Assembly: GCF_001194135.2 (NCBI RefSeq)
Contig: NC_069005.1
Coordinates: forward strand, 7,302,234 to 7,366,233
Source of the DNA: Octopus bimaculoides
Lineage: Eukaryota
Length of the DNA: 64,000 bases
Reading direction: 5' to 3'
Of the stretch, positions 49,581 through 63,558 are shown piece after piece; the stretch's first letter is position 1, and each line of letters begins with the position of its first letter. A program made the position numbers and the translations under genes. The notes below the pieces were generated by a model. The model was not told the origin of the DNA. It saw only the letters and a list, made by a program, of their open reading frames with translations, and ran no database searches.

Positions 49581-51380
49581 TCAACAATTAAAATCACTGA
49601 GCCACTTTCTCATCACAACCCTTCTTATNNNNNNNNNNNNNNNNNNNNNNNNNNNNNNNNNNNNNNNNNNNNNNNNNNNNNNNNNNNNNNNNNNNNNNNN
49701 NNNNNNNNNNNNNNNNNNNNNNNNNNNNNNNNNNNNNNNNNNNNNNNNNNNNNNNNNNNNNNNNNNNNNNNNNNNNNNNNNNNNNNNNNNNNNNNNNNNN
49801 NNNNNNNNNNNNNNNNNNNNNNNNNNNNNNNNNNNNNNNNNNNNNNNNNNNNNNNNNNNNNNNNNNNNNNNNNNNNNNNNNNNNNNNNNNNNNNNNNNNN
49901 NNNNNNNNNNNNNNNNNNNNNNNNNNNNNNNNNNNNNNNNNNNNNNNNNNNNNNNNNNNNNNNNNNNNNNNNNNNNNNNNNNNNNNNNNNNNNNNNNNNN
50001 NNNNNNNNNNNNNNNNNNNNNNNNNNNNNNNNNNNNNNNNNNNNNNNNNNNNNNNNNNNNNNNNNNNNNNNNNNNNNNNNNNNNNNNNNNNNNNNNNNNN
50101 NNNNNNNNNNNNNNNNNNNNNNNNNNNNNNNNNNNNNNNNNNNNNNNNNNNNNNNNNNNNNNNNNNNNNNNNNNNNNNNNNNNNNNNNNNNNNNNNNNNN
50201 NNNNNNNNNNNNNNNNNNNNNNNNNNNNNNNNNNNNNNNNNNNNNNNNNNNNNNNNNNNNNNNNNNNNNNNNNNNNNNNNNNNNNNNNNNNNNNNNNNNN
50301 NNNNNNNNNNNNNNNNNNNNNNNNNNNNNNNNNNNNNNNNNNNNNNNNNNNNNNNNNNNNNNNNNNNNNNNNNNNNNNNNNNNNNNNNNNNNNNNNNNNN
50401 NNNNNNNNNNNNNNNNNNNNNNNNNNNNNNNNNNNNNNNNNNNNNNNNNNNNNNNNNNNNNNNNNNNNNNNNNNNNNNNNNNNCACCACCTCCACCGCCA
50501 CCACCACCACCTCTACCACCCTGTTATCAACATCATCATTCTTGTTGTCATTGTCATCATCAGGACCACCACAGTGACAATCACTACCACCACCACCACC
50601 ACCACCACCACCACTATCATCATCACCATCATCGTCGTTGTCGTCGTCACCATCACCATCATCACCATCACCGCCGCCCCCACCCCATTATCATGATCAT
50701 GATCATCATCAGGACCGCTACAGCGACGACGATGACCACCACCACCACCATCACCATCTCCACCATCATCATCATTATCATCATCATCACCATCATCCCC
50801 ACCACCACCACCACCACCATCCTCATTTGTTGTTTTTCTCAAGAGGGTTGAGAAATGTTTTTTAAGACTTGACATCAATTTATAATTATTTATTTTTCCC
50901 CACTTCAGATGAGTAAGTTTAGTTAATTACAGTGACGTCATTGAAGTTGACAGGGTGACAGTAGTTGGTGGTGGTGGTGGGTGTTGTATGGTGGGAGTGT
51001 AGTGGTGTTGGTGGCAGTGGTCATGATGGTGGGTGAGTAGAGGTGGTTTTGGCGATAGTAGTCATAGATGTGATGGAAATGGTGATGATAGCTGTATAGT
51101 AATGGCTGTTGTTGCTGTTGTCGATGGTAATGTTATAGTGGTGATGGTGGTGGCGGTGGTGGTAGTGGTGGTGGTAGTAGTCTTCATAATGCTGTTGTGG
51201 TTGTTGTTGTTGATGGTGGTGGTGGAGGTGGTGGCAGTGACGGGGTTATAACAGTGCTGTTGTTGGTGTTGGTGGTGGCAGTGGTGGTGGTGGTGGTAGT
51301 CTTGATAATGGTGTTGCTGTTGTTGTTGTGGTTGTTGTTGGTGTTGGTGGCGGCTGTGGTGGTGGTGGTGATGGTGGAAT
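49460..51380. repeat. Compound (CAT/CAC)n and (GGT/GTT)n trinucleotide field
   Basis: Low-complexity tracts on both sides of an N gap; source of spurious poly-H/T/V ORFs. Confidence 0.9.
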
Positions 51381-51753
51381 AGCAGGTTCTCACTGACCAT
51401 ATNNNNNNNNNNNNNNNNNNNNNNNNNNNNNNNNNNNNNNNNNNNNNNNNNNNNNNNNNNNNNNNNNNNNNNNNNNNNNNNNNNNNNNNNNNNNNNNNNN
51501 NNNNNNNNNNNNNNNNCCAATGTTTACCTCTTTTCAAAATTCAAGTCTGCCTGACACAGCTTTTGCTTCTATGATAAACACATTCTATTTTTAAATAATT
51601 TACATTAAAAACCTTACATCAAAATAGCATTTTAATTTATGCTCAAAACATCAGCTCAAAAATGACAATTTTACTAAATTTTCCCTTATTTTGCAAAATT
51701 AGTTAAAACAAAAGCTGTGTATTTTAACAGAAATATGGTGACAACAGAATTAA

Positions 51754-51975
51754 CCCTTTCGTTACCGTATTTATTTTGAGTTGCTCTGAGTTTCTTTCAA
51801 TTAATTTTAAATATAACAAAGAATTTAGTAAAATAACTTAGTTATCATTCAGCTAGTGTTAAGAACATAAATTGTGACTAAGTTTTGGTGGAAGATTTTA
51901 ATTCAAATCTTATGAAAACAAGATATATGTACTAGAGACCCAGAGGTGGTTTCAGCCGGGTTTGTAACAAAAGGG
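51754..51975. mobile_element. piggyBac-type MITE, second copy
   Basis: Same TIRs, TTAA flanks and internal sequence as 30223-30443. Confidence 0.85.
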
Positions 51976-53279
51976 TTAAGAATTTTTTCTCTATTATATA
52001 TTTTAACCCTTTTGTTACCATATTTCTGTTGACATGCTCTGTGTTTCTTTCAATTAATTTTAAATATAATAAAGAATTTAGTAAAATAACTTGTGTGAGA
52101 GACATGGCTAACAACATCCAGCTATCCTTGAAACAAGCAGAATCAAGATGAGTATCTTATTGAATGGCTGTAGACAAATTATACTCTATGCAGTACAACT
52201 GGTTGTGTTTTTATATAAGATACAAACAAACTTTATAACATGAGAAGATTTGCTTTCGGAAAAAAAAAAATCAATTCAGTAAACTATCAGTGATAAAGAT
52301 TTTTATCTGAGGTCAAATCAATGATAAATCAATTTGATTAATTCAAAGAAAAATTTAACAATCTGGTTACAGATGGTGCTCCAGCAATGGAAGATTCATC
52401 CACCCCTATGTACCTCTAACCTCAATTTCTGTCACTGTACATCTTCTGTTTCCCCATCACTTCCCCTCATTCATCCTGCCTATCCATTCAGCCATCCTCA
52501 ATTCTCTGTTCTTGTTCTCTCTCTCTATCCATTTTTTTGTATGTTGATTTTATGCCCTGATACATCATCCCGCCCCCACATCGTTTCTCTATTTCTTGTG
52601 GGGGTACCCATGTAGCCCCTCTACAGCAAGACATCTGTTTCTGTTTCTGTTTCTCTTTCCTAACTAAGCCTCTCAACATCTGGTGCAAAGCCATCTCCTT
52701 CAATCCCACACCCCCAACTCTGTCTTGCCGCCTACTCAGTGATTCCACTAATGATGGTGCTGCAAAAGAAAAAAATCACCTAGTACATTCTGTAAAGTGG
52801 TCAGTGTCAGGAAGGGCATCCAATTGTAGAAGCCTTACAAAAGTAGCCACTGGGGACCAAGTCAGCCTATGGGCTAGTTGGATCTTGTCAAACTGTCCAA
52901 CTGGTAGACCATAGGTGTTACATGATGATGGGCAGCCAGACTTATGGGTACCAACTCTCAGAATGAACAACATGTAATAAAAAAATATATGAAATTCGTA
53001 AAAAATGGTAAACAAATTCAATAACTGAAAATTTAAAGAAATTTTCGAGGAACTTGAAGTGGTTTATAGTGATTTATTCTATGGTTGCGAAGCTGTGCCA
53101 TTCAGAATGTTCTGCAGGCCACAGGCTGTCCACGATTGCCCTCAAAGTTTTCCTTGATCTGCTAGAAATTGTAATAAATGAAGGCACCCAAGGCAACAAA
53201 GAAGTCCCTTCATAGTTATTTGCGGCGTCAGAAATAGCAGCCAAACCTTCCTCAAACTTGTGGATTTGTACTTCAGTCA

Positions 53280-53510
53280 AGCAGGTATCAGGACTTTTCA
53301 GTGAACCATTTCTTCAAGCCTGTGGCATCTGAGGCATTCAGAGGGGCTGGGCCACTAACAGCGAAGTCCTTTTCATCGTTGGTGGCTCGCTTTACCAAGG
53401 CGTCTGGTAATGCCCGAGAGGGTGCTTGGCTGTCCCAATGGCTTAGCCTCACCATCACCTGTAGTAATGCTGTGAGTGTATCGGCTTACTTCAGAAGGTT
53501 CTATTGAACC
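53280..53510 (+). mobile_element. RLE-type (CRE-like) non-LTR retrotransposon C-terminal fragment
   Basis: SRYQDFSVNHFFKPVASEAFRGAGP...SGNAREGAWLSQWLSLTITCSNAVSV resembles the KY..L....F.P.A.ET.G..G...RE...L.QRLS.AIQRGNA C-terminus of CRE-like elements. Confidence 0.6.
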
Positions 53511-53893
53511 TTGTGGTGTGCAAGTAATTGAAACACATAGTGTTGAATTCATGTTTTTTTTCTTTCTTTCTTCCTCTTCTTTTACTTTCTTTCTTTACTC
53601 GTGATTGTGTTTTCTTCAGTTTTGGGTTTGAGTCTTCATGCAGTTTTATATTATAAATGTATTGTATCATATACATATTTATGTAATTATTAAATCATCC
53701 AAATTGTCAACTAATTGGACGGCTAACATTGTAGCTATGTACTTCAATCTATTAATTAGCTGGCTAACCCAACACTTTGTTAATAAGTGTTTTGGTTATC
53801 TAGTTAAACAGGTTAACCTTGTAAAAAGAATATACATACATAAATGCATACATACATACATATATATTTATAAATAGATAGATAGATAGATAG

Positions 53894-53928
<35 letters not shown>

Positions 53929-56900
53929 CAGGTGCAGGCATGGCTGTGTGGTAAGAAGCTCGCTTCTGAACTACATGGTCCCAGGTTCAATCCCACTGTG
54001 TGGCACCTTGGGCAAATGACTTCTACTATAGTCTTCCACTAACCAAAGCCTTGCGAGGGGATTTGGTAGATAGAAACTGAAAAGAAGCCCGTCATATATA
54101 TATGTGTGTGTGTCTGTGCGTCATTGTGTCTAGTACGCAACTGGTACTTAATTTATCAACCCTGAAAGGATGAAAGGCAAAGTCGACCTGGGTGGAATTT
54201 GAACTCGAAACGTAAAGACAGACAATATACCTCTAAGTTTTTCGCCTGGCGTGCTAACGTTTCTGCCAGTTCGCCGCCTTTAAAACTATCATTATTATTA
54301 TGAAAGACTAGCTGGTCCCATGCCATCAAAAATGATGGCTAATTGTAGTATTTTATATACAAATAAGGATAAAAGATAGAATATAGATGGTAATTCAAAT
54401 TAATACATTTCTCAATGTTATCTAATATTTTATTTATAAATATGGATGGCAAATCAAATTAATACACTTGTCAATGTTATCTAGTGGTTGTCTTTTGAGA
54501 TGTGACATCAACCATCGTTTATTACTGAAAGAACACTGGTTAGTTTATGTATAGTTACTGAAAGAACTCTGGGTAGACATTTCTTAATATAAATAAAGGA
54601 CATGTTTTAGCTGTTAAATTAAGATATGTATTAGTAATTTACCTTTCAACTGTTGTCGTTTTATATTCTTGATACATTCAGGCAATAATTATTTTCTCTA
54701 ATGAGTTTGTATATGTTTATGTAGGTGTGTGTGATTGTAATAATTATTATTAAGAAAACAGATAGAATATGGATGACAAATCAAATTAGCACACTTGTCA
54801 ATGTCATCTAGTGGTTGTCTTTTGAGATGTGACATCAATCATTGTCTGTTACTGAAAGAACAGTGACTCATACATACAAACATACACATACTTCCCTTGT
54901 GCACACACATGCATACATACATATACTTACAGCTCAAATGCTGTTTGATTTCTCTTTTCAGCGTTGAATGCTCACTGTCCCACTTCCATTGCACATGCAC
55001 ACACAAACATTCACATGACTCCCTTTTACATACACACACACATATGTATATACTCACACAGAGTTCAAATGCTGTATGATTTTTTTTGCACCCCCTTCCT
55101 TCCTTATTCAGCTATCACCCCGTCCTTTCTCATTCATATGTTGTGACGGAGAAAAACACTAGAGAATATTATAATAGACTAACTGGCCCCGTGCCGTCAA
55201 AAATGACAGCTAATTGTAGTATCTTATATATATGTAGTATCTTAAAATATGGATGGCAAATCAAATTAATACACTTGTGAATGTTTACATACTTCCCTTG
55301 TACATGCACACAAATACGTACATACACACATACTCACACAGAGTTCAAATGCTGTATGATTTTTTTTGCACCCCACTTCCTTCCTTATTCATCTATCACC
55401 CCCTCCTTTCTGATTCATATGTTGTGACGGAGAAAAACACAAGAGTATTATTATAGTAGAAGATGGCAAGCTGGCTGATGTGTTAGCATGCTGGGCAAAA
55501 CATCTGGTTTTGTGTTCTGAGTTAACATTCCACTGAGGCTGATGTNNNNNNNNNNNNNNNNNNNNNNNNNNNNNNNNNNNNNNNNNNNNNNNNNNNNNNN
55601 NNNNNNNNNNGGGGGGGTCAATAAAATAAGTACCAGTTGTGTACTGGGGAGAGGGGTGAGTCAACGTAATTGACTTACCTCCTCCCCAAAACTTACTATC
55701 TTATAATAATTCTGCTTGTCACTCCATTACTTAGCCCATCTGTAACACTTCTATGTGATTAGTTGAAGTGGGGGAGAGAGAGAGAGAGAGAGAGGAGGAA
55801 TATGGGTGGGGAGGAGAAGAGAAGGTGGTGGTGAGTGAAACATGTAATTTTTTTTCTTCCCTTTTTTTAACTAAGTTTTTTTTTTCTCCGTTACTTAAAC
55901 CTGTCTGTCATGCTTTCACGTGGTTAGTTGAATGGAAAGGCAAAGAGCAAAAGATAAAAGAAGAGAGAAAAACAGAATAAGGTGAAGGGTGAGAGAAAAA
56001 GAGAGTGCTGTGTATTAAGTCTATAAAACTGTGCATAAAGTATATAAAAGTGTATATATAAGGTGCATTAAGTAATTATCGTATTCCAGTTTCCTTTACT
56101 TTTCAATGATTAGCAGATGAGTGACTATCTTTTGATACAGACACAACACAAGCTTCGCTTTTAGGTTCATTGGATAAAGTTTCCAGAAATAACCCAATAA
56201 GTTTACCATTAATTCTGTGAATAATTCACAGGTCCTGCTAGTTAATATTATTATTATTATGGCAGTGAGTTGGCAGAATTGTTAGTACACCAGGCGAAAC
56301 ACTTAGTAGCAGTTTGTTCATCTTTATTTTCTGAGTTCAAATTCCACTGACGTCGACTTTGCCTTTCATCCTTTCAGGTTCGATGAAATAAATACCAGTT
56401 ATGTACTGGGGTAGATGTAATTGAATAGCCTGCTCCTTCACAATTTCAGGAATTGTGCCTTTAGTAGAAAGGATTATTATTATTATTATTATTATTATTA
56501 TTGATAAGGTGGTGAGCTGGCAGAATTGTTAGCAAATTAGACAAGGTGCTTAGTGGCAATTTGTCCATCTTTATGTTCTGAGTTCAAATGCCATCAAAGT
56601 TGACTTTGCCTTTAATCCTTTTGGGGTTGATAAAATAAGTACCAACCGACTATCCCCCTCTGAGGCTTCCGTCTCACCCCATGCTGTTTTTCGGACCCCC
56701 AAAAGAGTTTTGTAGGATATTAGGTCACAGGAAATCATTCATCAGAGAAAAAAATTTCCTANNNNNNNNNNNNNNNNNNNNNNNNNNNNNNNNNNNNNNN
56801 NNNNNNNNNNNNNNNNNNNNNNNNNNNNNNNNNNNNNNNNNNNNNNNNNNNNNNNNNNNNNNNNNNNNNNNNNNNNNNNNNNNNNNNNNNNNNNNNNNNN

Positions 56901-59898
56901 NNNNNNNNNNNNNNNNNNNNNNNNNNNAAAATAAGGGATTTGCAGCATATTAGGAGGTTAGGGTACTTGATTCCACGCAAAAAATCTGAGTTTTTTTTTC
57001 TAAGTAAAAATCTTACGGGCTTTAATACAGAAATTTGCCATTGTTAGACCGTCTTGACGTTCTGAGTTCAAGTTCTGCCGAGGTTGACTTAGCCCTTCAT
57101 CCTTCTGGATTCGATAGATTAAGTACCAGTGAAACACTGTGGTCGATGTAATGGACTAGTCCCCTCCCCACAAATTTGAGGCCATGTGCCTCCAGTAGAA
57201 AACGTCATTTTTAATTCGGCAAGCTGGCAGAATCGTTAGCACGCCGGACAAAATGCTTAGCGGCATTTCGTCCGTCTTTACGTTCTGAGTTGAAATTTTG
57301 AGGTCGATGTATTCAATTTACCCCCTCCCCGAGTTTAGTGGTATTGTTCCAAAATTTGAAATCATTATTATTATTATTATCATTATTATACTGCCGAGGT
57401 CAATTGTGTCTTTTCCTTTCGGAGTCGATAAAATAAAGTTGACCGCTAGGGGGAGGGGGTCATTAACTAGCCTTGTGTCCATAATAGAAAAGATTATTCA
57501 TTATTGTTGTTATTTAACCCATGGTAAGGCATGCTTGAGAATGTCAATATTCATTAGCTAATTGGCAGAATTATTGACCATTTAGCTGAGACCCTTAAGT
57601 TCAAATTCTACTTTGGGCAAACTTTTTTTAGCTTTTGTCTTTCCAGGTTAGTATTTGTCAAATATAGAAGACAATCTCATCGATTACAGCTGCCTATATC
57701 TAAAAAAGAAGGTGTAGTCTTGCGCCTCTGTTACAAAATCGATAGTAATATTATCATTACTATTATTTTATCGATCTGTCATTGAGATCTGGTGGCAGGT
57801 ATAGAGCGCCCTCTTGTCAGAACATTGGCAAAGGGGCAGACAACTCTAGCTTGGCCGCCGCACCAAGCGTGCATGGTTTGAGTTGGAAGGAGAAAAACAG
57901 CACGGCTGTCTGTCTCTGTCTGTTGCTGCTCTGTGTTTGTTTTATTTTTTTTTTTTGCAGCAAATGGTCAGTGAAGTAGCGAGCGGTGGAAGTAATTGCT
58001 TGCTCAACTGACAGTTATTGGGATTGCCAAGTTTGTTTTAGAGGTTTCCCCCGTGTTTGGTGCTGCTGTTGTTTGTTGTTGCTTCCGATGATGATGATGA
58101 TGATGATGCTATCTTAGCGTCAACAGCAAGATAAAAGAAAAAAAAAACACATATCACTCATACATATACACATATATGTGCATATATGCATGTAACATAT
58201 GCATATATTAGATATATATATATATATACACACATCTATATATTACTCACAGATTCTCAATCGCGCGCGCGCACACAGACGTGCATCATTGAATGACTGA
58301 TGCATGGAACAAACCGTGGGGGGCAGAAAAGAAAAGAAAGAAAGCAGCAATAAACACGAACATCCCCCTCTATCAAAAACAGTTTGGAGTATCATCATTT
58401 TTATATCATAAGTAAAAAGAAAACAATCTGAAGCGAAAATACAAATTGGATTTTTAATCGCAACACTAACAGTTTTCACCAAGGCGTTAACTCTTCCTCA
58501 ATCGGAACCAGAAAAAAAAAACCCAATTCATTAATCCAAAGAATTTACATATANNNNNNNNNNNNNNNNNNNNNNNNNNNNNNNNNNNNNNNNNNNNNNN
58601 NNNNNNNNNNNNNNNNNNNNNNNNNNNNNNNNNNNNNNNNNNNNNNNNNNNNNNNNNNNNNNNNNNNNNNNNNNNNNNNNNNNNNNNNNNNNNNNNNNNN
58701 NNNNNNNNNNNNNNNNNNNNNNNNNNNNNNNNNNNNNNNNNNNNNNNNNNNNNNNNNNNNNNNNNNNNNNNNNNNNNNNNNNNNNNNNNNNNNNNNNNNN
58801 NNNNNNNNNNNNNNNNNNNNNNNNNNNNNNNNNNNNNNNNNNNNNNNNNNNNNNNNNNNNNNNNNNNNNNNNNNNNNNNNNNNNNNNNNNNNNNNNNNNN
58901 NNNNNNNNNNNNNNNNNNNNNNNNNNNNNNNNNNNNNNNNNNNNNNNNNNNNNNNNNNNNNNNNNNNNNNNNNNNNNNNNNNNNNNNNNNNNNNNNNNNN
59001 NNNNNNNNNNNNNNNNNNNNNNNNNNNNNNNNATATACATGCATACACACTGATTCACATATGAAATCATTCACACGCACATACATGTATGCACACATAA
59101 CCATTGATATATACATATATATCGTATATAATTTTTATGACACACACACACTCATATACACTTACATACATACACTCACATATGAAACCATTCACACGCA
59201 TATACATGCATGCATGCATACATACATACGTAACCATTAATATATATATATATATATATCGTATACGATTTTTTATAGTACACACACACACGTATATCCG
59301 CACGCAAGCACGCACATACACACACACACATACACAGACACGCACACACACATACACACACACAGACACGCACACGCACACACACACGTAATGTATGTAA
59401 CCAGACGACTTCTGGGCAGAATCGGTCTGTTAATTTTAGTTTACACTGACAAACATCGTGACAGCTACTATGTTGTTGATAATAATGATGCTGACGACGA
59501 TGATGATGATGATGATGGCTATTGTAGTATTAGTAGTAGTAGTAGTAGTCTTTGTTTATGAAGGTGATGATGATGATGATGTTGTTAATGTTACTGTTGA
59601 GGGTGACCAGATTGTTGTTGATTGGTGATGGTGATGATGATGATGATGACTGTGGCCGTGACATTAGCGACGTGATTGTTTGCAAGCCCCGCAAGTCTAC
59701 CTCGGCCATAGCAGTCCTAAGATCAAAGGAATTCCAACCGCGACCGTCCCGCCTTTTTTTTCTTCTTTTTTTTTTTTGTATACATCTATGTTCTAAGAGT
59801 ACAATGTCTGATGTTCTGTCCTTCTTCAAGACGCTCGGATGCGTTTTGAGGGACATTTGGCTTCTATTACTAGCAATTCGTGAGACCACACAGAGTCG

Positions 59899-59936
<38 letters not shown>

Positions 59937-60839
59937 CATAGTAGTAGTATATGTTGGTTGTGATGATGACGATGACGATGGTGATTGTCTTATCCCCCTC
60001 TTTAAACGTCTTAGCATATTTTATTCTAGACATTCCTTCTTTGTTCTTCATCCTTTTCTTCACCGCAGCTTTATACTGCTGTTTGTTTGGCCCTAAACAA
60101 TCACAGCCATTTCAGCCGTGACCACCTCATCTACAACATCCAGTGCTTCGTTTCTTTCCTCCCCTCCTCGTTTAAGACGCTTCTGTGTGACACGAGGGAG
60201 ACTTGGCTGCTATTTCTACCAGGTCGAGCGACCACTTAGAGGTCCTCACCTCCTTCAATGTTGCTGATGTGGTTGTTGACTACCTCCCCTCCCACCATCA
60301 CCACCAGCACCGCCACCTTACCACTCAGTAAACGAGCATCTACGCGCTGGCACGATCTGCTAGAAATAGCAGCCAAATCTCTCCTTAACTCATTACCTTA
60401 CTGTTTAATGAGTAGGACGGTGAATATGTAGTCCGAGACGGACAGTCTAAGAAAAGGAAAAATAGACGTGAGGATCACGGCTGGAACACTCTTGAAATGT
60501 CTGGTTGATCGGAGAATATCTTTGATTAACAACTGTTGCTGTTGTTAAGGCGGATACCCTGCACTCCCTTGTCGGGTGTTGTCGCTGTTGTTGTTGTTGT
60601 TGTTGTTATGTTGATGGTTGTTGTGGCAACTGTGTGAGTCCACTTTTCGTTCTTCTTCCCTCCCTTTTTTTGTGTGACTTGTTGTTGCTTCAAACTCCGA
60701 CACCTTCATACATCTTTGTCGTAACATGTTTTAAGAAAATGAATCTTTCAAATCTGGCGACCTGATGTCTACCTTCCTATCTGTTTTCTCTCTCTCTCTC
60801 CCTCCCTCTCTGTCTCCCCCCTCGCTCTGTATACATACC

Positions 60840-60865
60840 TACTTATCTATCTATCTATCTAGCTG

Positions 60866-60956
<91 letters not shown>

Positions 60957-60995
60957 ATCTATCTAATCTATCTATCTATCTAATCTATCTATCTC
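60840..60995. repeat. (TATC)n microsatellite
   Basis: Direct reading. Confidence 0.95.
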
Positions 60996-62423
60996 TCATA
61001 ATATAAATATATATATATAGAGAGATATATATAGATAGATAGAGAGAGATAGCAACCTATCCGTCCACCTTTGGTCAATCTGTCTCCTTTTTTCCCTTCC
61101 TTTTCTTCCTTCAGGTCATCCCATCTATTTTATTATTTAAAGTATATCTAGGACTATATTTATCCATTATGCAATGTGTCCTCCCCCTTTTTTAAAGGTG
61201 TGTTTTGAGGGAGATTAATTTACGATTTCTAGCAGGGGTGAGCGACCACATAAAGGCTCCCTCCCTGTTTTCAGGTTATAGATGCAAGATAAGAGTAAGT
61301 CATCTTAGCCATTCTTTTATATGGTGCCAAAAATTAACCTGGACATTGTACAGGAATGAGGTGAAGGAAAGAACTTCACCTCTTTGTAATTAAACATTTC
61401 TGTTCAATCGTGAAAAATCTGCTGGCAAGGAAAAAGCCCTATTCCCAGCGGGAAGGACCGAGTGCAAAAGAAAGCCAAGCATGGAAGACCTCTCGATGAG
61501 GATAAAACCTTAGAGAAGGCGTTAGCCGAATGTCATCTCAGACTGGGTTTCCCAAATATCTTAGTGTTTGTAAATTATGCGTATTTTTTTTTTTTTTGGT
61601 GGTCTCAGCTTAGTTTGGGCGAAGGGTCTTCAGACCAGACGTGTCCTTTCTACTTGCAGTGATCTGCAACTAAATCGAATAGGTTTCTTGTGACAAACCA
61701 CGCCAAGTATAATATAATGTAATATAATATTATATAATATATACACGCGCGTGCTCACCCACACGTATGCATACATGCATACATTCATACATACATATTC
61801 ATGTAGACATTGCATTCATCCATTCACATACATACATGTATGCATGCAGGCACTCAGACAGACAGATAAATAGATAGATTGATAGATTATTCTTTTGGGG
61901 AATAGTGGATCTCGAAGCACGTCAAGCTATATATGAAAGCACGTGAATATTAGGCTGAAAAACCCTTCTGGATAGAAAAACTCGAAGGCTGCAACCTGAT
62001 ATTTACATGCTATTATTTATAGATTTTATGTGCTTCGAGGTCGAATATTCCAAAAAAAAAAAAAAAAAAAAAAAAATTCACGTTCTCCCGAAAGCTTATA
62101 AATTTTTTTATCATACACACACTTCACACACACACATGTACACACATCCTGAATACATACCTGTACACACGTTATTATACTATACGCATTATACACACCG
62201 CAGGTAACACTTTTAAAAATTAAAGCCATGTAGCTAAAGTACACGCGTGCGCGCACATACACCCTCTCTCTCTCACACACACAACATATATTTATTTATT
62301 CTCTTTCCAGCTGTCTCCCGTAAAAATATAAGATTTATTAAAATCTAGTTTGTTATTTATATCCATCTGTTGGAAACAGCAGTTATACATAGACGGACAC
62401 GAATATAGCTACCCACACATATG

Positions 62424-62462
<39 letters not shown>

Positions 62463-62949
62463 GCACGCACATATATTATATAGTATAACATAATATTATA
62501 TATATATATATATTTTAAAATCTGTATATGGTATATATATATGGTTCAAAATTGTACACAAAAAAACGAAAGACAGAGACAGGTGAGGGAGCAGGAAACA
62601 AGGTGTATTATTTTGACACTCAGGAAAAATGGAAGTGTCTTTGACGTTTCGAGCCTATGATCTTCTACAGAATATGTATATATGTATGCATATGTATATT
62701 CACCTTATTTCGAGCTGTGCGGATAATACCGGACTGACTTGGTGCTTCAACTTAAGTATTTAATTCAACTGAATCTCAATTATTTCTTTTATATATATGT
62801 GTGTGCGTGTGTGTGTGTGTGTGGAAGAGCGTAGGCTCGAAACGTTAAAGACTTTTTCAATTCCCGAGCGTTATACTAATACATCTGTTTGTTTTCAACA
62901 TCACCTGTCTTCGTCTGTTGTTTTTTGGTAAATTCGCCCTATATATATA

Positions 62950-63385
62950 TATACGCGCGCACACACCCACACTTATACACACACACACATGCACACTTAT
63001 ACACACACACATGCACACTTATACACACACACACGCACACACCCACACTTGTACACACACATGCACACTTATACACACACACACGCACACTTATACACAT
63101 GCACACGCACACTTATACGCGCGAACACACCCACACTTATACACACACACACATGCACACTTATACACACACCCACACTTGTACACACACACACACACTT
63201 GTACACACACACGCACATTTATACATATGCACACGCACACTTATACGCGCGAACACACCCACATGCACACTTACACATACACACACACACTTATACGCGC
63301 GCCCACCCACACTTTTACACACACACGCACACTTATATACACACACACTTACACGCACTCTTATACACACACACACTCACCCACA
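62950..63385. repeat. Compound (CA)n / cacacttatac repeat
   Basis: Direct reading; source of spurious His/Thr ORFs. Confidence 0.9.
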
Positions 63386-63558
63386 CCGCAAGTCCTTTTT
63401 ATTTATTCCTCTGTTCCCTATCGTATGTGTTCTCTCCATTCCGTTTCACTTTCGTTCATGGAGGAATTTAGACCAATCACGGGTAAACTGCGGCCCGGCC
63501 CTTGGGACTTTCTGAATGTCATACACGCCCAACGAAACGTTAACATGAATTTATATTG

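Noticed and set aside
49306-51537. Poly-D/S/H/T/V ORFs
   Set aside because: Trinucleotide repeats and N gaps.
52360-52400. NLVTDGAPAM hAT/Charlie transposase-like motif
   Set aside because: Too short, and it overlaps the ggtgctccagca string of the SINE A tail; the flanks give no supporting transposase frame.
53074-53280. 68-aa protein-like minus ORF (TEVQIHKFEEGLAAISDAA...)
   Set aside because: It overlaps the recurrent gctagaaatagcagccaaa repeat motif (also near 18110, 33170, 60360, 63797); no splice support.
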